Below are positions 6,610-16,087 of a stretch of 46,237 nucleotides of DNA, one piece after another (within the stretch, counting starts at the first letter, position 1; each line of letters begins with the position of its first letter). The notes beneath the pieces were generated by a model, which worked only from the letters and a program-made list of their open reading frames with translations, did no database searches and was not told the origin of the DNA. Position numbers and translations under genes: made by a program. The DNA comes from a virus, in the IMG/VR virus record IMGVR_UViG_3300031372_000011, positions 1-46,237 of that record; one strand, given 5' to 3'.

Positions 6610-8775
6610 TTAAATTACTGCGATTCGTGAAATTGCGCATGGGTTAACCATCACAAAAGATGGGACGTTTCTGCTGACTGTCGTTGTCGTGTCGAAGATA
6701 TTAACCAGCGGATAGCTATTGGCCCCATTATCCGTAGCAGTGCAGCCGAACCTGAAATAATCACCGACCGTTGGTGCTACATCAGTCACAAAGCGGAATA
6801 CAAAATCACTCTGCTGAGTAGCAGAAACAACACTGGCCGAAGCGTCTTGCAAATCACACCCAAGGTTAGGTGCAGTAATTCCGTTGACTGCAATTATTTG
6901 CAATGGTTTTCCGAACGGAGAGCTAAACGTTATATCGAAAGTAGTGGCATTCACTTTCGTGATGCTCTCAGGCTGGACGGGTTTAAACTTGACACCAGAT
7001 GGATTATTTACTCGGTCGTAAATTGTCCAATCCTCAGCGGCCCCCTGGTACTCACCTAGAATTCGATATCCCTGGGCGGTAAGGTGCAAAAGGTCTAGCG
7101 GAAACATTCTGTTTAAGTACCACTTCGGGATACTCATGAAAGCCTCTGTGCGCTCTTTAGTGAACTCCCACTGATCAATTGCAACAACATAGCCACGCTG
7201 AGTAATGCCACTGATTACTGTCGTGTTGGTCAATGAACCTACCTGATCAACATCAAGCCATGGCTTTTCTGTCTGCCCAGAACGAGCCATCATGTCAGCC
7301 TGTGTATCGTCAGACCATTGAGTTAGATAACCTTTATAAGTGCCAAATTGCAGGTTTGCCGTATTTGCGTCAGCCTCACCATGGGTAAAACCGATAAGCT
7401 TGCAACGTGGAAGTTTCCCTATTGATTCTGCTCGCTTGCAGAACGAATCGAAAGCCGTCGTTCCGTCTATGTACGGCTGAGTCCCCTTCTTCAACTGGCT
7501 ATATGTAAAGCCACCACGAGCGTCTAGGCGAGTTACAATAATTGGCATTTGCGCATTGCGGTCTTGGTGGTTTAACAGTATCGCCTCACCTCCTGGAACC
7601 TGGCAATTATTCCGTAGGTTCACAATGCGAGCATCGGCTAAAGCACCTAGTGTTTCATCGGTTACCGGGCCATCTATACCAGCGCCACGGTCACGCCCCG
7701 AACCAGAGAACATAAGCAAATACCCCTGAAGAGCAAGAAGTGCTGCTCTAGCGCCACCGTTCGCCCCTACGCGAAGCGATTGCCCGCGCCCGGCGAAGAA
7801 ATGCATCTCCAGTGATGCGCTATTGACCTCTCGGATCTCTTCACCAGCAGCCACCGGCCAATTAGGAATTAATGCTGACTTCAACACACCATTTTCGCTA
7901 TAAACAAACGATATGCCGTTATCAGTTACTTTCTCAGCACTCGATACGGGGTAATAAGACCACAGCGGGGTCGTGTCGGACTCGCTCGCAAACAGCGCTA
8001 TCTTGCCCGTACCATCGGGCTTGATTAATCGCTCAGCCCCACCGCCCCCAGCATTTGCAATTGCTGTCTGTACCGATTCTGTCATTCCTGCTAGCCATAA
8101 GTGACCATCATCATCAATCGCAGCGACGGCTGTTTTCATGTCTTTCGTAAGCCATACGTATTGATAGCCTAAAATCATGGATGAGAATGTTTCACTCACT
8201 AGATTTCTTAAATAGTCCTGAACTGCACCATCAATACCGCAAACTTCAAGCCCACCGTTATCGTTAATTGCTATCACACCAGTATTACCTGTCAAGTCAG
8301 TTACAACAAACTGATATCCACTAATTTTATTCGCCTGCGCTTGCGGGATGACAAGGCTGATGTACTTTGTGACATCTTCCAGCAAAAATACCCTGTCATT
8401 TACATCAACAACAAATGCTGTGCTTGGGTAAGATTTTCCAGTAGGAGTGGCAACACCAGTTATGTTTTTGTATTGATCAGCGATTGATTTTTCTTCATCA
8501 GACCAAATAAAAAACAATGCACCATTAGGAATTTCACCAGAAGTTATTGCGGTGTTTGCCTCATCTAGCGTGTAAACCTTTCCCAGGGGAGCTAAGTTTT
8601 TTACAACATTGTCGTAATCAGCCCTGTACCCAGCCATGGTAAAACCTGAAACGCCAAACCGATTATCCCAAAACTCTCCTGGCCCATTAATCGCATAATC
8701 AAAGTTCTGAGCGTTATCATATAAATCCCTTGGGTCAGTAGATCCAAGAGGATTGTTGGTATGGTAAGTGGTCAT
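6610..8775 (-). CDS. Tailspike / tail fibre protein with a SASA/SGNH-like carbohydrate esterase domain
   Basis: The N-terminus carries the conserved tail-fibre segment NPLGSTDPRDLYDNAQNFDYA. The central part has FAGRGQSLRVG (GQSN-like) and GFTHGEADAN (QGESD-like) motifs. The ATG at 8775 is preceded by GGAGA, while the track start at 8790 abuts a terminator hairpin. Confidence 0.7.
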   Translation of the reverse strand: MTTYHTNNPLGSTDPRDLYDNAQNFDYAINGPGEFWDNRFGVSGFTMAGYRADYDNVVKNLAPLGKVYTLDEANTAITSGEIPNGALFFIWSDEEKSIADQYKNITGVATPTGKSYPSTAFVVDVNDRVFLLEDVTKYISLVIPQAQANKISGYQFVVTDLTGNTGVIAINDNGGLEVCGIDGAVQDYLRNLVSETFSSMILGYQYVWLTKDMKTAVAAIDDDGHLWLAGMTESVQTAIANAGGGGAERLIKPDGTGKIALFASESDTTPLWSYYPVSSAEKVTDNGISFVYSENGVLKSALIPNWPVAAGEEIREVNSASLEMHFFAGRGQSLRVGANGGARAALLALQGYLLMFSGSGRDRGAGIDGPVTDETLGALADARIVNLRNNCQVPGGEAILLNHQDRNAQMPIIVTRLDARGGFTYSQLKKGTQPYIDGTTAFDSFCKRAESIGKLPRCKLIGFTHGEADANTANLQFGTYKGYLTQWSDDTQADMMARSGQTEKPWLDVDQVGSLTNTTVISGITQRGYVVAIDQWEFTKERTEAFMSIPKWYLNRMFPLDLLHLTAQGYRILGEYQGAAEDWTIYDRVNNPSGVKFKPVQPESITKVNATTFDITFSSPFGKPLQIIAVNGITAPNLGCDLQDASASVVSATQQSDFVFRFVTDVAPTVGDYFRFGCTATDNGANSYPLVNIFDTTTTVSRNVPSFVMVNPCAISRIAVI

Positions 8776-8790
8776 GTTTTCTCCGGCCAT

Positions 8791-8813
8791 AAAAAAACCC
8801 GCCGAAGCGGGTC
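8791..8813 (-). terminator. Intrinsic terminator/attenuator between the J-like gene and the tailspike
   Basis: On the minus strand, GACCCGC-TTCG-GCGGGT is followed by TTTTTTT. Confidence 0.6.
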
Positions 8814-8831
8814 AGTTGTTGCGAATGGTTT

Positions 8832-11800
8832 CTACTGAACATCGCCTGGATAAGCGGCGTCGTCGTACTCGTATTTGCGAGGGGTATATTGAATGGCGTT
8901 AACCTGGCATGTCCCATCGCCACCCGGGGCTATCTCCGCGATCAGGGCATCATAGCCAACCTTTTCAGAACTGCAGAATATCAGCCGCGGCGGCTCGGTC
9001 ACTCCATCGCCCATTATCCATGTTTCTGGAGCCACATCAGTGCTGTACGGGATCGTCAGCGTGTAGTCATTAATCCGAGTTGGTGTCAGCAAGCTGGAAG
9101 CGTGCCCGTCCTGGTATCGGATCAGCACTCGTGGGTTGCTGAATAACCAGTTCAGTGGCTCACTAACCTGCAGCGTTATCAGCACGGTGTCATACGACAT
9201 GCCGATAATTAGGCAACTGATAGTGTCAGTGCCTGGTATGTCGTCTGTCATTATGATCCTGTCCATAAACTGGTAGCACAGCGCGTCTAGCTCGGTCGAT
9301 GTCGAGTGGGTTAGACGTTGGTATTTGTACCCCATCAGCCGGCGCATACCGATTCGATAGGCTCGGTCTTCATTAAGAACACCATCCAACGTGTAGTTCT
9401 CAACCTTCAACGGAGTTGGGTTATCGACGGTTCGGCATTGAACAGTTTCCTCTGCCCAGGTAGTGCCATTTAGGTATTTAACATCTACGCCATCAAAGTC
9501 GTCCTGCGAGTGGGCTGCGAAACCAGTTTGCAACTCCTCTGTTTGCTCTTGCGGACTGATGATACCAGTCCAGTTTTTTACTCCCTCACGGCCCGCCGAT
9601 GCCAGGCCATCACTCAATAGAAAATACCCCATCCCTGCGTTGGTTATTTTCTGCATAACATCCAGGCCAGACATTCCTGATTTATATGCTGAGTAGTCGA
9701 AGGTCTCACCACGCGGAGTCCAGTACGTGCTCTCGAGCATGCCGATCGTCGCGTAGTCAATTTGCTGATCAGTGAACCCCAGAGATTTCAGAACGTGGAA
9801 AATGGCACCACTTATCGACCGTGATGGATGCCCGTCATAGAGGCGAATGCCCTCCAGGTTTACGCGGCGATCTGATTGTGCTGCCAGGCGACTGCCAGTC
9901 CGAATGGTTATACCCATCGTGGTAAGGCCTTCATATCTAACAGGCCTGGATGGCAGTTTTGACCGCATGGATTGCCATTGAACAGAGTCACGTGTTGTTC
10001 CGCCCCAGACTGGCGTATCGCGTTTAATCCGGACCTCGTACGCCGCCGGCGCGGGTAACACGATAGTTTCGGTGTAACCGATCTCGTTAACCGTATTATT
10101 GCCATGCTTAATTTTGGTGCTGACCCAATCAGTGCTTCCTGGCTCGCGGTACTGCACCGTCATTTCTACGTCATGCCAATGGATAGCGCCGTCCTTACTT
10201 CCCACATCGCAAAGGCCCTGCGGGTAAAGAAAGTTGATTTCAATCTCTGTCGTCTTTTCATTCGACGGACAACACAGAAATGGCCCCATCCAATCGTCAT
10301 TAGTATTCAATCCAGTGACCGTGGCATCAAGCAGCGTCCGTACAATAAACCCTGGCCAGTCAGAATCTACAGTTACCGTGCCATCAGCGTTCTCTATCAG
10401 TCGCTCAACCGTCAACGTTAACCCATCAATATCCGTAATGCGGTACTTATACCCTTTAATCCCAAGCGCTATACGCTGCTGGCCACTCGGGATTCCTGCA
10501 AACGGGGTGCCAACTGCACTACCCCAGGCCAGGGTGATATTTTCGATTACCGCAGGCGTTCCTCCGGTCGATGCTACACCTGCAACTACAACTGGTGCAG
10601 AACCAAACAGGGATGATGGCAACAGGCTGTAGGTGATCGAGTTCCCAGTGAACGGGCTTTCTTTTTCCGTGATAACAAGGAGCGTTCCAGATGAGTTTGC
10701 AACCAAGGCAGACCCAACCAACTGATCGGTGATCTCATCCGTCAAACCAGCCATAGTGACGTAGTTAGCTGATAGCGATATCACATAGCTTACCCCGGCC
10801 CAAGTAAGCGTGAACGAGACTGGCGTTACGCTGAAATCGTACGTTGTCGGTGCAGCAGAAGCCGTAATGCTTGCAGCGTTCCCTCCCACTCCGGGAACAG
10901 CCGGGGCCCCAGGGTTGTGCGCTGAGATAAAGAGATCAAAGCGACTGCTATTCCAGGTCAAAGAGACCGGCAACCCCACAGAGGGATTAATCTCCGTCAT
11001 ATCGCCATAGATCACATTGCCACCACCGGCGGTGGCCACGGCGTATGTATCTGGGGCAATGATGCTAATAACCGTTCCGGTTTGCCAGGACTCGGGGATT
11101 TCAGGCTCAGCAGAATTCAATACCGTGAAGCTGTTTCCCGACACCGTTATAGCATCTGCTGAGATGCTGACTGAAGCTGGCCCCGTTGATGCCAGATCCA
11201 GACCTGCCGTGCCGGATGTCGTGCCTCCTACTTCTGTGACCACATACCAGTTTTCTGACCTGCTATCCGCACTGACATCTTCACCAGGCTGATAGATTGT
11301 TAGACTGACATCATCACCAAATGCCGCTGTTGCTGTGTTACCCAACTTTATGAGGGAGGGATTGATAGAAAAGAAACCATTGCCAATGGAAAGAAAAAGA
11401 TAGCTCCTGTAAATTTGTGGGTCATCGGGATCGAATCGGCTTACTGGCTGCACAAGATAATCGGGATAGATACGCATCAGCCCCAACACTTCCCGGATTG
11501 GGTCTCCAAGCTTCGCTGTGTTGGCTTTGGCTGGTGATAGATCGAGGGAATCTCCATTACTAACGGATGCGGCACCATCCCCTTTCATTTGGTTCATCAT
11601 GTACAACGAGTATGCCACCGCAGCAACCATCACTGCTGCTGCTATCCACATTGCAGTAGCGGCCCCTATTGCATAGGGAACAGGGTAAATACGGACATCG
11701 CTTTCCGGGCTAATATGGCATAGCGGCCACTCGGATGGATCAATGCGCTTCCCATTTACTTCTACTGCAACAGGGTGGCGCATCTCTGCGTGAAAATCAT

Positions 11801-11900
11801 CGACATTATCCACAAGCCATTCGTGCATTGTCATGGCTTTGTGCTCGTGCACCTCAAGTGGCTCACCAGGTAATCTGGATGGGTAAATTCGAATAGTCAC
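8832..11900 (-). CDS. Host specificity / central tail tip protein (lambda J-like) with an I-like N-terminal extension
   Basis: The 1022-aa ORF sits in the J position. Its first ~105 aa resemble lambda tail assembly protein I, with a compact domain followed by a hydrophobic segment (AIGAATAMWIAAAVMVAAVAYSLY). The rest is J-like (GDPIREVLGLMRIYPDYL...; C-terminal YRIGMRRLMGYKYQRL). Confidence 0.75.
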   Translation of the reverse strand: MTIRIYPSRLPGEPLEVHEHKAMTMHEWLVDNVDDFHAEMRHPVAVEVNGKRIDPSEWPLCHISPESDVRIYPVPYAIGAATAMWIAAAVMVAAVAYSLYMMNQMKGDGAASVSNGDSLDLSPAKANTAKLGDPIREVLGLMRIYPDYLVQPVSRFDPDDPQIYRSYLFLSIGNGFFSINPSLIKLGNTATAAFGDDVSLTIYQPGEDVSADSRSENWYVVTEVGGTTSGTAGLDLASTGPASVSISADAITVSGNSFTVLNSAEPEIPESWQTGTVISIIAPDTYAVATAGGGNVIYGDMTEINPSVGLPVSLTWNSSRFDLFISAHNPGAPAVPGVGGNAASITASAAPTTYDFSVTPVSFTLTWAGVSYVISLSANYVTMAGLTDEITDQLVGSALVANSSGTLLVITEKESPFTGNSITYSLLPSSLFGSAPVVVAGVASTGGTPAVIENITLAWGSAVGTPFAGIPSGQQRIALGIKGYKYRITDIDGLTLTVERLIENADGTVTVDSDWPGFIVRTLLDATVTGLNTNDDWMGPFLCCPSNEKTTEIEINFLYPQGLCDVGSKDGAIHWHDVEMTVQYREPGSTDWVSTKIKHGNNTVNEIGYTETIVLPAPAAYEVRIKRDTPVWGGTTRDSVQWQSMRSKLPSRPVRYEGLTTMGITIRTGSRLAAQSDRRVNLEGIRLYDGHPSRSISGAIFHVLKSLGFTDQQIDYATIGMLESTYWTPRGETFDYSAYKSGMSGLDVMQKITNAGMGYFLLSDGLASAGREGVKNWTGIISPQEQTEELQTGFAAHSQDDFDGVDVKYLNGTTWAEETVQCRTVDNPTPLKVENYTLDGVLNEDRAYRIGMRRLMGYKYQRLTHSTSTELDALCYQFMDRIIMTDDIPGTDTISCLIIGMSYDTVLITLQVSEPLNWLFSNPRVLIRYQDGHASSLLTPTRINDYTLTIPYSTDVAPETWIMGDGVTEPPRLIFCSSEKVGYDALIAEIAPGGDGTCQVNAIQYTPRKYEYDDAAYPGDVQ

Positions 11901-12277
11901 TGGTAATACTCCACTCTCACAAAACGGCGCTCGAAACGCGATAGCGGAAGAAATGTTACATTCGATTTGGGGTTACATTCGGCAGCATGCAGGATGCCAT
12001 TAATGCTGACCACGATCGCAACATGTGTTACCAGACTTCCCGAGTAGCAGGAAATACCAGCACCTTCACAGGGCTCGCACTGCGTCAGTTCCGCCATCAG
12101 TTCTCGCGCAGAGTTGTCCAGCCCGTTATTGTCCTTGGTTATCCCGCTGAAGTCCGGCCAGGCCGGCAGACCAAGATCCCTGCGAATTTCGTTAACGATG
12201 CCGAAACAGTCAAGTTCCGGATACACCCTACCGCCCTTCAGCCAAATAACTGAACGGTACTTATCAGGATTTAACAT
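11897..12277 (-). CDS. NlpC/P60-family tail tip protein (lambda K C-terminal-like)
   Basis: A Cys (LDCFGIV) and a His (THVAIVV) are spaced as in NlpC/P60. The gene sits directly upstream of the J-like gene. Confidence 0.65.
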   Translation of the reverse strand: MLNPDKYRSVIWLKGGRVYPELDCFGIVNEIRRDLGLPAWPDFSGITKDNNGLDNSARELMAELTQCEPCEGAGISCYSGSLVTHVAIVVSINGILHAAECNPKSNVTFLPLSRFERRFVRVEYYQ

Positions 12278-12287
12278 TATGGGTTCC

Positions 12288-12782
12288 TTACGAGATATAG
12301 CGCAGACCTGAATGCTCTACTAGGTTGTAGCGGCGGCGCGGCCACGCAGTATCGAGGATATTCATGTACCCAGCAGTTATCTGAACTTCTGTTGCGTTCC
12401 AAGATCCGTTTTTGATGGTTAGGACAAAGGGCGATGATGCAGGGAATGACAAATCGCTTGATACATAATTACGATATGTCAGTGTTCCAATATCGTTATT
12501 ATCAAGCGCTTCCCGTATCGCAGTAGACACAATCCCATCAATATTTCCGATAGCAAACTTTAGATCTTGTGTCCCATCAGAATTTCGTGCGGGTAGCGCA
12601 ATTTCTATTCCTGAAGCTATGAACGTTGCAATACTGCCATCTTCCAGTGTTGCGGTAACATCATCCCAACCGCGGGTAAGCCAGTACGTTCCTGTGCTGA
12701 CATCTATCTGCAGCGTTTCAATAATCACTTCATCGCCAGATGAGGCGTAAAGACGGTTTAAAATAGTCATGCCTTTGGCCAC
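12288..12782 (-). CDS. Minor tail protein (L-position; DUF1833-like)
   Basis: The call rests on position between the tape measure and the K/J-like genes, plus the N-terminal segment LYASSGDEVIIETLQI. Confidence 0.5.
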   Translation of the reverse strand: MAKGMTILNRLYASSGDEVIIETLQIDVSTGTYWLTRGWDDVTATLEDGSIATFIASGIEIALPARNSDGTQDLKFAIGNIDGIVSTAIREALDNNDIGTLTYRNYVSSDLSFPASSPFVLTIKNGSWNATEVQITAGYMNILDTAWPRRRYNLVEHSGLRYIS

Positions 12783-13237
12783 TCCCGATTAAGTGCAAGA
12801 TCGATGATGTTCTGGCCCGCCAGAAATTCAGGAAAGTTCCCCCAACCTGGTAGTGGCAACGGCCTTTCCCAAAGTTCTAGCGTTGCCGAGTAGCGCCAGT
12901 AAAGTCCACCCTCCGGTGTTGGCCCTTGATAAATATCGGTGAACCGACAGACATAGAGCTTTTTACCGATCGGCGTCATCAACGGCATGTTGAACCAGGC
13001 GGCTCCATCCGTAAGCACATCACGGAACCAAGCTTCAAAAGCCTGGGCCTGGCCATCGTTCAGGATCCATTGGACCCCAGACTGGGTAGGGGTTGAAGTG
13101 TATGCCCTGCGCTGTCTTGATCTGCCGGTGACTAACTCCGTGCGCTTCAACGGAGATATCGCCTGCAAACCAAAACCATCCTTCAGAACGCAGGGAAGAT
13201 AATCGAGCGGATAGTTAATATTCGTTGTAATGGCCAT
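12767..13237 (-). CDS. Minor tail protein (M-position)
   Basis: The ATG at 13237 overlaps the tape-measure stop (TAATG) and is preceded by AAGGTGA. The rest of the call is positional. Confidence 0.5.
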   Translation of the reverse strand: MAITTNINYPLDYLPCVLKDGFGLQAISPLKRTELVTGRSRQRRAYTSTPTQSGVQWILNDGQAQAFEAWFRDVLTDGAAWFNMPLMTPIGKKLYVCRFTDIYQGPTPEGGLYWRYSATLELWERPLPLPGWGNFPEFLAGQNIIDLALNREWPKA

Positions 13238-15672
13238 TAACTCACCTTGCGTCCGGTTGCCCAACTTCCCATGGCCTTACTCATCTTTCCCGTACCTGTC
13301 GCCAAGTCTTGCGCGCTCAGGTTATAGGCCGCCAGTGTCGCCTCTTTAACTGCACTGCGCACAAGCGCAACCGTCGAGTCAGATGGGTTACCGTTTATTG
13401 GTACACTGATCACGGGGCTAAAATTCATCCCACCAGTAGACTGAGCAGAAACCCGATCCAGTGTGGCATCCAGTTTCGCGCTGGTTTGGGCTGTAGTGAC
13501 CCGCTCACCTTTCTGTAACAGCCAGGTTCCGGTCTCCGGCACCGAGTCCATACCGCTATGTGCCATACCAACCAAACTTACAGACTGGATATTAGAGATA
13601 ATGCCAGCAGTTGCTGCTGCAACGCTGGCCATGGCTGCAAGGTTCAACGGGAATGGGTTGGCGGAAGCCATCGCAATACCTTGTGAGATGGCAATAGTTG
13701 ATTGTGCGATAGCTGCTGCTTTTTGGGCAACAAAGGCCGCTTTGTACAGGCCTGACTGCTCACCTAGTGCGTTCTTGGTAATATCTGCCACCGATCCTAG
13801 GCCATCCTCAATACTGCTCAACATAAGTTGATTACGAGCCTGATCTATCCCATCCAACTCGTCCTGGTGCTTTTTCCTTAACGCTAACTCTTGTGCATCC
13901 CACTGTTCGTTAAGGTCTGATTGGTTCTTCCTGTTTTCCTCCAGCATCTCGAGCTGTGTCTGGTACCAAGTCTCCAACTCTTTTTGGGCTTCCTCGATCT
14001 TTCTCAGCTCACCAGATTGGCCGCCAAACATCGGATCGATCCCCTCAAAATGAGGCGCAGCCGTGAATGACGCACCAGCGATAGCTTTTGCTGCCTTCTG
14101 GTAGTCATCATCGCTAACCAACCCAAGCCCTTTAGCCTCCCTGAGAAGATTCACGCGCTCTTTAGTAATACCCAACAATTTCTCTTCTGGTGTTAATAGT
14201 TCGTCCTGAAGATCTTTAAATTTGCCAAGAACATTCAGACGGTCGATCTCGGTCGCTAAACCTTCCAAAGTTAACTTTTGTGCTTCATTCAAGCCTTTAA
14301 GCTTTCCGTCATTAATATCAAACTGTATCTTTTGTAATTCTGTTGTTTCTTTAGTCTTACCGTTTACCTTGTCTATTAACGCTATTTGCCTTAGATACCT
14401 CTGCTCCACCGATTTAAATGCATTTTCAATTTTATTTGTATTTGCAACATTTTTTTTATCCTGTTTCCCGTTACTTTCCCCATCCCCGAGGTCAAAAACA
14501 CCTCCAACAGTTGCAGCCTGGGTTGGTAAATTTATAACTGGAATTTTACTTTCCCTTAGTTTGTCTCTTGCTGCTATTAACTCATTTACTTCATCTGTTA
14601 AAGCCTTAACAGAGTCGTCCTCACCAAGGATCCAGCCAGCCATTGATTCTTCTTGGTCGTAAAATCCTTTCCGTTGGTCTATTAAGTTTTGTAAATGTTC
14701 AATTCTTCCATTTATTTGGTCTTCACTATTCTTATCAACATTTCCACCTAAAACTGAAACGCGATCATTCTGAAATTTCAGAAGTTCCCCTGCCGCTGCT
14801 GCGGTTTTAATTAACCAGCCAGCAAGAGAAGCTATGTTACTAACAAGATCAACAAGTCCTTGCTGTATACCTGGATCAGTTAGTACGTCACGTATCTTAT
14901 CTAAAGATACCTGAAGTGGGGATAAGTCAGCTTTGGCCAACCCTGATGCAATCTCAATTTTAAGGCCTTTAACCTGATCGTCCATCTGCTGGAATAAATC
15001 GTTAACCTTAACGAGGTCATCAATGGATTCAGGATTCGGTGCAACCCCATAATCCTTTGATAACTGCAGGAACTGTTTTAACTTTTCGTTATTATTATCG
15101 AAAAGAGGCAACATTTTTGATAAATCGTTACCAAGGCTTTCGAGTATTGTTACTTTCCCAGCATTAGTATCAATTTTCCCAATAGCTTCACCTATGGCTA
15201 ATAATTGTTTATCTGGTGAAACCTTGGATAGCTTTTCAGCAGAAAGCCCCAGAGAATCTAAAGCATCAACCGCATCACCTGATTTATTAAGGACTGCATC
15301 GCCTATTTTATCCCCTATATCCTTAAATATGTCAGCCATGTTATCGCCAGCTAAACCTGCTTTTTCAGCTGCGAATTGCCAAGCCAACAACTCTTGGGTA
15401 GACATTTTTAAGGACTTTGCCCATTTATCTGTTTCTGAAATTTGTGCTGATGTTGTTTTTAAAAGTTGAAATCCAGCCACACCAACCGCTACAGCTGCGC
15501 CTTGAGCCACGGATGCCACTGCTGCTATTGCCTTGGCTGCTGCTACCGCATTTTTTTGAACTGCTTGACTCCATTCGTCAGATGACCGCTCGGCTCTATC
15601 CATACCGGCAACAAACCCACCAACTCTGGCGATCAGATCGATTGTCAGCGTTCCAAGTGATTTTCCAGCCAT
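13237..15672 (-). CDS. Tail tape measure protein
   Basis: The ~811-aa protein is coiled-coil and Ala/Gln/Lys-rich, with hydrophobic glycine-rich segments. It lies downstream of G/GT. The ATG at 15672 is preceded by AGGGG. Confidence 0.85.
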   Translation of the reverse strand: MAGKSLGTLTIDLIARVGGFVAGMDRAERSSDEWSQAVQKNAVAAAKAIAAVASVAQGAAVAVGVAGFQLLKTTSAQISETDKWAKSLKMSTQELLAWQFAAEKAGLAGDNMADIFKDIGDKIGDAVLNKSGDAVDALDSLGLSAEKLSKVSPDKQLLAIGEAIGKIDTNAGKVTILESLGNDLSKMLPLFDNNNEKLKQFLQLSKDYGVAPNPESIDDLVKVNDLFQQMDDQVKGLKIEIASGLAKADLSPLQVSLDKIRDVLTDPGIQQGLVDLVSNIASLAGWLIKTAAAAGELLKFQNDRVSVLGGNVDKNSEDQINGRIEHLQNLIDQRKGFYDQEESMAGWILGEDDSVKALTDEVNELIAARDKLRESKIPVINLPTQAATVGGVFDLGDGESNGKQDKKNVANTNKIENAFKSVEQRYLRQIALIDKVNGKTKETTELQKIQFDINDGKLKGLNEAQKLTLEGLATEIDRLNVLGKFKDLQDELLTPEEKLLGITKERVNLLREAKGLGLVSDDDYQKAAKAIAGASFTAAPHFEGIDPMFGGQSGELRKIEEAQKELETWYQTQLEMLEENRKNQSDLNEQWDAQELALRKKHQDELDGIDQARNQLMLSSIEDGLGSVADITKNALGEQSGLYKAAFVAQKAAAIAQSTIAISQGIAMASANPFPLNLAAMASVAAATAGIISNIQSVSLVGMAHSGMDSVPETGTWLLQKGERVTTAQTSAKLDATLDRVSAQSTGGMNFSPVISVPINGNPSDSTVALVRSAVKEATLAAYNLSAQDLATGTGKMSKAMGSWATGRKVS

Positions 15673-15723
15673 AAATACCCCTATATCAAATTTCAATAAA
15701 TCACTTAGTTTTATTAAGAATAA

Positions 15724-15732
15724 TGCTATAAT
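15724..15732 (+). promoter_or_regulatory. Extended -10 promoter element (TGcTATAAT) for the membrane moron
   Basis: A perfect TATAAT (15727-15732) with an upstream TG lies in an AT-rich intergenic region about 40 nt upstream of the CAGGAG RBS and ATG. Confidence 0.5.
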
Positions 15733-15771
15733 TTAACACAACCATTTCTTCATGTTTTATCAGGAGCAAAA

Positions 15772-16053
15772 ATGAAATCATTAGTATACATTTTAATAAA
15801 ATCAGTAATTCAAGGCTTGTATAAAGGAACTTTATTTTTTACAGCAATATTTATCCTTTTTATGACTTCAACCTTCTTTAGTGGGAATTACTTCCTAATA
15901 ACTTCCTTGAGTGATATATTTAACTTTAACGCTAAAGCCATGAGTAACCTATCAAGCCTGAACTCTAGGGTGTTTGTTTTTTACATCACAACAGTTTTAA
16001 TTTCAATTTTATTAGTGATTGCAAAAAATATACTTGAAAGGAAAGGTAATTAA
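15772..16053 (+). CDS. Small membrane protein (93 aa, 2-3 predicted TM segments), moron inside the tail operon
   Basis: The ORF has a CAGGAG RBS and is very AT-rich. It is on the strand opposite the flanking tail genes and has its own promoter-like element and a downstream hairpin. Confidence 0.6.
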   Translation: MKSLVYILIKSVIQGLYKGTLFFTAIFILFMTSTFFSGNYFLITSLSDIFNFNAKAMSNLSSLNSRVFVFYITTVLISILLVIAKNILERKGN

Positions 16054-16059
16054 AAATAC

Positions 16060-16087
16060 ACGTGCAGATTAATATAATGCTGCACGT
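16060..16087. terminator. Hairpin between the convergent moron and the T reading frame
   Basis: ACGTGCAG (16060-16067) and CTGCACGT (16080-16087) form an 8-bp stem with a 12-nt AT-rich loop. No clear T-run follows. Confidence 0.4.
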
